Origin: Alphaproteobacteria bacterium
Lineage (GTDB): Bacteria > Pseudomonadota > Alphaproteobacteria > Rhizobiales > JAKIUO01
Direction of reading: 5' to 3'
Length of the DNA: 64,000 nt
NCBI GenBank assembly: GCA_024279115.1
Contig: JAJRRW010000008.1
Coordinates: 29 to 64,028 of the forward strand
Shown here: positions 56,824 through 64,000 of the stretch, piece by piece
Layout of the letters: each line of letters begins with the position of its first letter
How positions within the stretch are numbered: the first letter of the stretch is position 1
Position numbers and translations under genes: made by a program
Notes under the pieces: model-generated
The model's database searches: none
What the model saw: only the letters and a program-made list of their open reading frames with translations
Told to the model about the DNA's origin: nothing

Positions 56824-58165
56824 AGCGAAGGGCTTCCACCGGATCCATTTTGGCGGCACGCCAAGCGGGGTATATCGTCGCCAGCATGGATAATGCAAGG
56901 GCCATAAAGACGACCTGAAGCACTTCCCTCCAGTCCATTTTGGCCGGCATTTCGGTGAGGTAATAGAGTTCTGATGAAAACATGTCCACGCCAATCAGCC
57001 AGCCGACAAACTGGCGTATGGTCTCGATATTTTCCACAAACACGACGCCAAGCGCAAATCCCGCCACGGTCCCGACCACGCCGATACTGGCTCCGGTCAT
57101 AAAGAACACGCGCATGATGGATCCTCTGGTGGCCCCCATGGTGCGCAATACCGCAATATCTCGCGACTTGTCTTTCACCAGCATGATCAGCCCCGATATG
57201 ATATTGAGTGCTGCGACAAGCACGATCAGCGACAAGATGATGAACATCATGGAGCGCTCCACCTCAAGGGCGGTAAAGAACCCCTTGTTGCGATCGCGCC
57301 AATCGGAAAAACTGTGCGTCGGGCCGATTGATTTTTTAAGTTCGGGGATCACCTCACCAACCTTGTCGGCATCATCAATGACAATTTCAATAGCATCAAC
57401 CCGGTTGCGGCGATTGAAAAATTTCTGAGCTTCGGCAAGCGGCATGAACACCACCGAGCTGTCATATTCCGACATGCCGATCTCAAACACAGCCGTGACC
57501 TGATAGCGCTTGATTCTCGGGGCGGTGCCAAACGGTGTTGAAGCGCCTCGTGGAGATACCAGCGTCACATAGTCACCGACATAAATATTGAGGGTTTTTG
57601 ACATGCGCGAGCCAATGGCAACGGCTGGTTTATTGGTATCAAAGCCATCCAGCGTTCCTTGAATGATCTTTTTGTTTGTTTTGCCGCTAATGAGATCTTT
57701 GGGGTCATCGCGCAGAGCTTTTAGATTTTGTGCATCCACTCCCTTGATGCCGCGTACCAGCGCCGCTACCGAGCGCGCCGGGGTCGAGATCATTGCCTGG
57801 CCTTCAACCAGCGGGATGGCCTGCTCGACGCGCGCCTGCTTTTTGGCTATGGCAGCAACGCTTTTATAATCGGAGAAAGATCCCGTAATGCTATGAACGA
57901 TGACATGCCCGTTCAGACCAAGGATCTTGTCCAGCAACTGCGCCCGAAAGCCGTTCATCACTGACATCACAATGATCAGCGTTGCGACCCCCAGCATAAT
58001 GCCCAAAAAGGAAAACCCGGCAATAACCGATATGAACCCTTCTTTGCGCCGGGCCCGCAAATAGCGCCCCGCCAGCATCCATTCAAACCGGGCCAAAGGT
58101 TTTGGATCCGCTATTGCCCCCTTCACATGGGTTTCACTCTTGTCTGCGATTGATGCCATATTCAT
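56816..58165 (-). CDS. lipoprotein-releasing ABC transporter permease (LolC/E family)
   Basis: FEWMLAGRYLRARRKEGF N-terminus, large periplasmic loop, C-terminal FtsX-type TM bundle. It is the only permease gene next to lolD. Confidence 0.85.
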   Translation of the reverse strand: MNMASIADKSETHVKGAIADPKPLARFEWMLAGRYLRARRKEGFISVIAGFSFLGIMLGVATLIIVMSVMNGFRAQLLDKILGLNGHVIVHSITGSFSDYKSVAAIAKKQARVEQAIPLVEGQAMISTPARSVAALVRGIKGVDAQNLKALRDDPKDLISGKTNKKIIQGTLDGFDTNKPAVAIGSRMSKTLNIYVGDYVTLVSPRGASTPFGTAPRIKRYQVTAVFEIGMSEYDSSVVFMPLAEAQKFFNRRNRVDAIEIVIDDADKVGEVIPELKKSIGPTHSFSDWRDRNKGFFTALEVERSMMFIILSLIVLVAALNIISGLIMLVKDKSRDIAVLRTMGATRGSIMRVFFMTGASIGVVGTVAGFALGVVFVENIETIRQFVGWLIGVDMFSSELYYLTEMPAKMDWREVLQVVFMALALSMLATIYPAWRAAKMDPVEALRYE

Positions 58166-58205
58166 TACCCGGTTGTTGCAGCTTCACGCCGATGGATCTG
58201 TCAGC

Positions 58206-59534
58206 TCAGGTTCGGGCACCGACAAAATGCGCCACCACATCATCCAGTCCCAGCTCTGATATTTCACCCGTTGCGCGGTTTTTCAATTCAACCTTGCCCT
58301 GTTTGAGGCCTCTGGGCCCGGCAATGATCTGCCAGGGCAAACCAATCAGGTCCATGGTCTTGAATTTAGCTCCGGCGCGTTCATTGGTATCGTCATACAA
58401 AACGGTCTGCCCAGCATTGCTGAGCTGTTCATATAGTGATTCGCAAACTTTGTCCGTCTCGTCGTCTCCGGCCTTCAGATTTATGAGACCAATTTTGAAA
58501 GGGGCAACACTTTCCGGCCAGATAATCCCGCCCTCGTCATGAGAGGCCTCGACAATGGCTGCCACCAGACGCGAAACGCCAATGCCATATGAGCCACACT
58601 GCAAAGGTGTCAGAGCGCCGTCGGGCCCTTGTACCGAACATTTCATCGGGTCAGTATACTTGCTGCCAAAGAAGAAAATATGACCAACTTCAATGCCCCG
58701 GGCGCTGATTTGCTTGTCGGCTGGCACGTCGCGTTCAAACTGCGCCTTATCGTGCATTTCTTCGGTGGCGGCATATTTATCCAGCCAGGGAGCAATCACG
58801 GGCTCAAGATCATCCTCGGGACCATGGTTATTGCCTGGAGCCTCTAGTTCGAGCAGGTCTTTGTGGCAAAACACTTCGCTTTCCCCGGTGTCGGCCAGAA
58901 TGATGAATTCATGAGAAAGGTCGCCGCCAATCGGGCCGGTATCTGCGCGCATGGGAATGGCTTTGAGGCCAAGGCGTTCATAGGTACGCAAATACGCAAC
59001 AAACATGCGATTATAACTTTTTTTGCCCTCGCTCGCCGTCAGATCAAATGAATACGCATCCTTCATCAAAAATTCGCGGCCCCGCATAACGCCGAACCGA
59101 GGTCTTATTTCATCACGAAATTTCCACTGGATATGATAGAGGGTGCGCGGCACATCACGATAAGAACGCGCGCCATCACGGAATAATACCGTGATCAGTT
59201 CCTCATTGGTTGGCCCATACAGCATATCGCGATCATGACGGTCCGTTATGCGCAGCATCTCCGCGCCGTAATCATCATAGCGCCCTGAGTCTCGCCACAG
59301 ATCAGCGGATTGAATAGTCGGCATAAGGAGCTCCACCGCTCCGGCCCTGTTCTGCTCTTCACGGACGATCTGTTCGATATTTTTCAACACCATCAGACCA
59401 AGAGGTAACCAGGAATAAATCCCCGAACTCGACTGCCGGATCATCCCCGCCCGCAACATCAATCTGTGGGACACAATTTCCGCTTCCTTGGGGGGATCAC
59501 GCAAAATTGGCATAAAAAAACGGCTGACACGCAT
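58206..59534 (-). CDS. proS: proline--tRNA ligase (short alpha-type, no INS editing domain)
   Basis: Class II motifs ([17 protein letters not shown]..., GSYGIGVSR). 442 aa. Confidence 0.95.
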   Translation of the reverse strand: MRVSRFFMPILRDPPKEAEIVSHRLMLRAGMIRQSSSGIYSWLPLGLMVLKNIEQIVREEQNRAGAVELLMPTIQSADLWRDSGRYDDYGAEMLRITDRHDRDMLYGPTNEELITVLFRDGARSYRDVPRTLYHIQWKFRDEIRPRFGVMRGREFLMKDAYSFDLTASEGKKSYNRMFVAYLRTYERLGLKAIPMRADTGPIGGDLSHEFIILADTGESEVFCHKDLLELEAPGNNHGPEDDLEPVIAPWLDKYAATEEMHDKAQFERDVPADKQISARGIEVGHIFFFGSKYTDPMKCSVQGPDGALTPLQCGSYGIGVSRLVAAIVEASHDEGGIIWPESVAPFKIGLINLKAGDDETDKVCESLYEQLSNAGQTVLYDDTNERAGAKFKTMDLIGLPWQIIAGPRGLKQGKVELKNRATGEISELGLDDVVAHFVGART

Positions 59535-59737
59535 GCTTGTAAGACTTCCTGATTGTATTGACTAAGAGCGTTCTGGCCAACTCGTCGCGGCCAGCGGCTG
59601 CAAGCACCCGCGCCACTCTGCTTGTTGAAAACTCCTCTTAGCACGCTTTATCATTGGACCAAAGCGCTTGATTCCCATTGATTGCTACAAATTGTAACTT
59701 TTTGCGGTTGCAGCGAAGCTTCCAATAGATTTAATAT

Positions 59738-59751
59738 TTGATCTATGTCAT
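59738..59751. promoter_or_regulatory. candidate FixK/FNR-type anaerobox upstream of ccoN
   Basis: TTGATctatGTCAT compared with consensus TTGAT-N4-ATCAA: left half perfect, right half 3/5. About 115 nt upstream of the ccoN ATG. Confidence 0.3.
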
Positions 59752-59866
59752 GGTTTTGCTAAAGCGCGAGCTTTATTGATTTGAGCACTATACATACAGT
59801 GTCATTCTACTGATCACGCTGACAGATCGTGTTATCCGTGTGGGGATAAATTTGGAGGAGAGAACA

Positions 59867-61483
59867 ATGAACCGAGGCGGAATAACCACCTCTGGTGGCA
59901 TCTTTACCGCGTTGGTGCTGATTACCGGGATACTGCTAACTGGCTATGCGGGCATGAACGCCCTTGACGTCGCTTTTGGCTTTCACATGTATCTCATGGC
60001 AGCAGCAGCAATACTCGGCCTGATAGCCCTATTAATGGGCAGGCCATATACCGGTGATGCAGGTAAATATAATTACGGTGTCGTCAAGGCGTTTGTCATC
60101 GCCTCTATATTCTGGGGTGTTACCGGCTTTATCGTTGGTGATTATATCGCCTGGGAACTGGCCTTTCCGTTTTTGAACTGGGACTTGCCCTGGACCAATG
60201 TTGGACGCCTTCGTCCCCTGCATACCTCCGCAGTGATTTTTGCCTTCGGTGGCAATATCCTTCTTGGTTCTTCCTTCTATGTTGTCCAACGAACCTGTCA
60301 CATTCGCCTTGTCGGCAACGTGGCGCCATGGTTTGTTTTCTGGGGATATAACCTGTTCATCGTTCTGGCCGGCACCGGCTATCTGCTCGGCGTCACACAA
60401 AGTCACGAATATGCCGAACCAGAATGGTATGTGGATATCTGGCTGACCATTGTCTGGGTGGTTTATCTGCTGATCTTTATGGGCACTTTGATGAAGCGCC
60501 GGGTGTCGCATATTTACGTGGCAAACTGGTTTTATCTGGCCTTTATCATCACCATTGCCGTTTTGCATCTGATCCATAATCTGGCGATCCCCGTTTCGTT
60601 CCTGGGCTCGAAATCCTATTCCTTCCAGGCCGGGGTTCAAGATGCCATGACCCAGTGGTGGTATGGACATAATGCGGTTGGCTTCTTCTTGACGGCTGCG
60701 TTCCTGGCGATGATGTACTACTTCGTCCCCAAGCGCGCCGAACGTCCGGTCTATTCCTATCGTTTGTCGATCATCCATTTCTGGTCACTGATCTTCTTGT
60801 ACATGTGGGCCGGGCCTCACCATCTGCACTATACGGCTCTGCCTGACTGGACACAGTCCTTGGGCATGACGTTCTCGATCATTCTCTGGATGCCTTCCTG
60901 GGGCGGCATGATCAATGGCTTGATGACCTTGTCTGGTGCCTGGGACAAGCTGCGCACGGACCCGGTTCTGCGCATGCTGGTTGTCTCCATTGCCTTTTAC
61001 GGCATGAGTACCTTTGAAGGTCCCATGATGGCCATCAAGGCTGTCAACGCCCTGTCTCATTATACGGACTGGACGGTTGGCCATGTACATTCGGGAGCCA
61101 TGGGCTGGGTTGGCATGGTGAGCTTTGGTGTCATCTATTGTCTCGTGCCCTGGTTATGGGGCAAGGAGCGCTTGTATTCCATGGCGCTGGTCAGCTGGCA
61201 TTTCTGGCTCTCAACCGTTGGTATCTTGCTCTACATCACATCGATGTGGGTGTCAGGAATTCTGCAGGGCCTGATGTGGCGTGCTTACGACAATCTTGGT
61301 TTCCTCGAATATAGTTTTGTTGAAACAGTCGAGGCCATGCATCCGTTCTATGTGATCCGTGCTATGGGGGGGCTGTTCTTCGTCCTTGGCTCTCTGATTA
61401 TGGTGTATAATGTGGTAATGACGATTCGGGTTGCGCCTCGCGAAGAGACACATTCCAGCGCCGTTCTGGCACCAGCTGAGTAA
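59867..61483 (+). CDS. ccoN: cytochrome c oxidase cbb3-type subunit I
   Basis: GGAGGAG Shine-Dalgarno 6 nt before ATG 59867. 12+ TM helices with heme/Cu His ligands ([26 protein letters not shown]). Confidence 0.95.
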   Translation: MNRGGITTSGGIFTALVLITGILLTGYAGMNALDVAFGFHMYLMAAAAILGLIALLMGRPYTGDAGKYNYGVVKAFVIASIFWGVTGFIVGDYIAWELAFPFLNWDLPWTNVGRLRPLHTSAVIFAFGGNILLGSSFYVVQRTCHIRLVGNVAPWFVFWGYNLFIVLAGTGYLLGVTQSHEYAEPEWYVDIWLTIVWVVYLLIFMGTLMKRRVSHIYVANWFYLAFIITIAVLHLIHNLAIPVSFLGSKSYSFQAGVQDAMTQWWYGHNAVGFFLTAAFLAMMYYFVPKRAERPVYSYRLSIIHFWSLIFLYMWAGPHHLHYTALPDWTQSLGMTFSIILWMPSWGGMINGLMTLSGAWDKLRTDPVLRMLVVSIAFYGMSTFEGPMMAIKAVNALSHYTDWTVGHVHSGAMGWVGMVSFGVIYCLVPWLWGKERLYSMALVSWHFWLSTVGILLYITSMWVSGILQGLMWRAYDNLGFLEYSFVETVEAMHPFYVIRAMGGLFFVLGSLIMVYNVVMTIRVAPREETHSSAVLAPAE

Positions 61484-61497
61484 AGGAAAACATTACT

Positions 61498-62262
61498 ATG
61501 CCTAGCCATGAAATATTTGAAAAGAACTCGATTGTCCTCGCCATCGCAATTGTACTTGTTGTGTCAATTGCGGGGCTGGTAGAGATTATTCCTCTCTATT
61601 TTATCAAGAGCACAATCGAAAAGGTTGACGGGATGCGTCCTTATACCCCCCTCGAGCTGGCAGGGCGGGATGTCTATGTCCGTGAAGGTTGCTACCTTTG
61701 CCATTCACAGATGATCCGCCCGTTCCGCGATGAAGTCGAGCGTTATGGTCACTATTCTCTGGCCGCAGAGAGCATGTATGACCATCCGTTCCAATGGGGA
61801 TCAAAGCGTACAGGTCCAGACCTGGCCCGCGTTGGTAATAAATATTCGGACAAATGGCATCGCGACCATATGAATGATCCACGATCTATTGTTCCCGCAT
61901 CCGTCATGCCAGGCTATTCATTCCTTGGCAAAACCGACATAGACCCGAAACGATACAAGGCTCACCTCAAAGCTCTTAACTGGACCGCGCAACCAAGCGG
62001 GGTCAGTGAGAACGATACGGGAGCCATGTATACGCAGGCCATGATTGACAATGCCGCCGCCGATTTGGCAGCTCAGGCTGGCGACCCCGATAGTGATGAT
62101 TCGGAAGGATTGCAAAAACGCTATGGCGGCAAAATCAATGTGCGTGATTTTGATGGTGACCCCAACAGGATAACGGAGCTCGATGCTCTGATCGCATATA
62201 TGCAAATGCTTGGTACACTTGTAGATTTCAAAACCTACAATGCCAAAGCCAACTTACGTTAG
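61498..62262 (+). CDS. ccoO: cytochrome c oxidase cbb3-type subunit II
   Basis: Membrane anchor plus a single CYLCHSQ heme-c site. Confidence 0.95.
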   Translation: MPSHEIFEKNSIVLAIAIVLVVSIAGLVEIIPLYFIKSTIEKVDGMRPYTPLELAGRDVYVREGCYLCHSQMIRPFRDEVERYGHYSLAAESMYDHPFQWGSKRTGPDLARVGNKYSDKWHRDHMNDPRSIVPASVMPGYSFLGKTDIDPKRYKAHLKALNWTAQPSGVSENDTGAMYTQAMIDNAAADLAAQAGDPDSDDSEGLQKRYGGKINVRDFDGDPNRITELDALIAYMQMLGTLVDFKTYNAKANLR

Positions 62263-62275
62263 CAGGTGATTGATC

Positions 62276-62425
62276 ATGAACTACGAAGAAGTTGCGAGTA
62301 TTAGCGGAACCATTGGTCTTATAATGTTCATGTCGATGTTTTTTGTGGTGTTGGCATATGCCTTATGGCCCCGCAACAAAGCCAAGTTTGACAAGGCTGC
62401 CCGCGCGCCGCTTGATGAGGAATAG
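62276..62425 (+). CDS. ccoQ: cbb3-type cytochrome oxidase subunit CcoQ
   Basis: 49-aa single-TM ORF found by hand (MNYEEVASISGTIGLIMFMSMFFVVLAYALWPRNKAKFDKAARAPLDEE), lying exactly between ccoO and ccoP. Confidence 0.7.
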   Translation: MNYEEVASISGTIGLIMFMSMFFVVLAYALWPRNKAKFDKAARAPLDEE

Positions 62426-62428
62426 AAA

Positions 62429-63316
62429 ATGGAACATAAGGAAATAGATCATATCACCGGCACCGAGACCACGGGTCATGCCTGGGATGGAGATCTCAAA
62501 GAACTCAATACTCCCTTGCCTATCTGGTGGCTTTGGGTGCTGTGGATTACGATTGTCTGGGCCATTGGATATTCCGTTGTTTATCAACACTGGTTTATTG
62601 GTAACAAGGTGCTCCCGACCATGTCCGAGTGGACCAGTCGTGGTGATGTGCACAATGCCCTGGATGCCGCCAAAGCAGCTATGGCTCCACAATTTGCCAA
62701 ACTGGAAAAAGCCTCACTTGATGACCTGCGCAGCGATGCGGCTCTTTCCAAATTTGCTGTGAAAGCTGGAAAAGCCGTCTATGGAGACAATTGTGTCGCT
62801 TGTCACGGCACGGGCGCAAACGGCGTGTTTCCAGGCTCGGGCTATCCCAATCTTACCGACCAGGACTGGCTCTATGGCGGCAAGCTGGAAGATATTGTCG
62901 AAACGGTTCGCGTCGGCATCCGCTCTGGTCATGATGAGGAACGTACCAATACCATGGCTGCCTATGGAGATGATGAAACGCTGAATGCCGAACAGATCAA
63001 AAATGTTTCTGGCTATGTGCTCTCCTTGTCTGGCGGCTCCCTCAAAGGAGCAGACCTGGTTAAGGGCAAGCAAATCTATCTGGAAGAAGCCGCCTGCAAC
63101 GCCTGTCATGGCGATGATGGCAAAGGCGTCACTGAAATCCCTGGAGCCCCAAATCTGGCTGATAAAATCTGGCTGTTTGGTGGGAGTGCGGAAAAGATCG
63201 TTTACAGTATCACACATGGTCGCAAGGGGGAGATGCCGGCATGGGACGCTCGTTTGACCCCCGCCCAGATCAAGGCGGTTGCTGTCTATGTACATAGTCG
63301 CGGTGGTGGTCAATAA
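62429..63316 (+). CDS. ccoP: cytochrome c oxidase cbb3-type subunit III (diheme)
   Basis: TM anchor and two heme-c sites, CVACHG and CNACHG. Confidence 0.95.
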   Translation: MEHKEIDHITGTETTGHAWDGDLKELNTPLPIWWLWVLWITIVWAIGYSVVYQHWFIGNKVLPTMSEWTSRGDVHNALDAAKAAMAPQFAKLEKASLDDLRSDAALSKFAVKAGKAVYGDNCVACHGTGANGVFPGSGYPNLTDQDWLYGGKLEDIVETVRVGIRSGHDEERTNTMAAYGDDETLNAEQIKNVSGYVLSLSGGSLKGADLVKGKQIYLEEAACNACHGDDGKGVTEIPGAPNLADKIWLFGGSAEKIVYSITHGRKGEMPAWDARLTPAQIKAVAVYVHSRGGGQ

Positions 63317-63344
63317 GACGCAGATTTCTCGTTTGCAAGACCCC

Positions 63345-63390
63345 TTCCATACGCGATATATTAAATGTTATGTCGCGTATGGAACTTTTT
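63345..63390 (+). terminator. rho-independent terminator after ccoP
   Basis: Perfect 12-bp stem TTCCATACGCGA / TCGCGTATGGAA with a 16-nt loop, followed by CTTTTT. Confidence 0.6.
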
Positions 63391-63406
63391 AGGGAAGGGT
63401 CACAGT

Positions 63407-64000
63407 ATGAGCGATACTACTGCTCAGCAAGCAGAATCTAAAAGCCTGTTTGCTGAACACGAAAAAATACACCCGCTGAAGGTTTCGGGTCTGTACCGAA
63501 AAATCAAGTGGTTCTTTTTGATCAATATGCTGGCGGCATATTATATCGCTCCCTTCCTTCGCTGGGACCGTGGCCCAGACGCGCCTGGCCAGATGATCCT
63601 GTTTGATATTCCTCATCGGCGCTTTTACTTTGGTCCGATCGAAATCTGGCCCCAGGAAGTCTATTACTTTACTGGCATATTGATGGTCGCTTCCCTGCTT
63701 TTGTTTTTGACAACCGCCGTTGCCGGTCGGGTTTGGTGTGGCTGGTGGTGCCCTCAAACCATCTGGACAGATATGTTTGTCACCGTTGAACGCTGGATCG
63801 AGGGAGATCGCCGCAAGCGTATCGCCCTTGACAAAGCCCCCATGTCGCTTGGCAAATTCACCAAACGGTTCATCAAACATTCCGCATGGATGGTCATCGC
63901 GTGGTGGACGGGGGGAGCGCTTGTCCTGTATTTCGCGGATGCGTTTGAGCTTGTTCGCGGATTGACCAATGATGTGGCCATCTTCTTCACGCAAATTCTC
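63407..64000 (+). CDS. ccoG: cytochrome c oxidase accessory protein CcoG/FixG, N-terminal part (3' end outside window)
   Basis: Absent from the ORF track because no stop occurs in the window. Hand translation gives MSDTTAQQAESKSLFAEHEKIHPLKVSGLYRKIKW...GRVWCGWWCPQT..., the FixG N-terminal signature. AGGGAAGGG Shine-Dalgarno upstream. Confidence 0.85.
   Translation, partial: MSDTTAQQAESKSLFAEHEKIHPLKVSGLYRKIKWFFLINMLAAYYIAPFLRWDRGPDAPGQMILFDIPHRRFYFGPIEIWPQEVYYFTGILMVASLLLFLTTAVAGRVWCGWWCPQTIWTDMFVTVERWIEGDRRKRIALDKAPMSLGKFTKRFIKHSAWMVIAWWTGGALVLYFADAFELVRGLTNDVAIFFTQIL

Noticed and set aside
63389-63994. 201-aa minus-strand ORF at the right edge of the window.
   Set aside because: The plus strand here encodes a clear CcoG/FixG N-terminus (GRVWCGWWCPQT). 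It is missing from the ORF track only because it has no stop within the window.

Overview
This window is a core-chromosome segment of an alphaproteobacterium. The gene order looks like Hyphomicrobiales/Rhizobiales, and GC is roughly 50% by eye. I can support about 56 protein genes, nearly all housekeeping. In order they are: an AEC permease fragment, pyrB-pyrC', plsY-dprA-topA-rnr-rpmG, valS-popZ-tolC-pcm, kdsA-(small periplasmic protein)-pyrG-secG-tpiA, a ppiD-like gene, trpE-(histidine phosphatase)-trpG-trpD-trpC-moaC, lexA with alpha-type SOS boxes, a 1028-aa PodJ-like Sel1-repeat protein, a yjbQ-family gene, the envelope/translation block lpxB-lpxI-lpxA-fabZ-lpxD-bamA-rseP-dxr-cdsA-uppS-frr-pyrH-tsf-rpsB-dnaE, lolD plus a LolC/E-type permease, proS, and ccoNOQP followed by ccoG (3' end outside the window). 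I found no rRNA, tRNA, CRISPR array, transposase, integrase, phage gene or recognisable defence gene. I do not see a convincing novel multi-gene system and do not want to invent one. The most unusual observation is that four normally essential genes are each broken by one single-nucleotide lesion while the protein sequence on both sides stays fully conserved. topA and kdsA each lack one base in a short A run; valS has an in-frame TAG and dxr an in-frame TAA. This is either consensus sequencing error or something that needs explaining (recoding, suppression or paralog backup). Secondary curiosities are listed below.
- Ribosomal protein S2 carries a ~120-aa C-terminal extension ending in a helix-hairpin-helix-like module.
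- The dihydroorotase-like PyrC' lacks the HxH metal ligands.
- A Rap1a-like small periplasmic protein is translationally coupled inside pyrG-kdsA.
- Two atypically long AT-rich or structured intergenic regions lie at 4440-5334 and 10716-11402.
- Several long intergenic hairpins are present.
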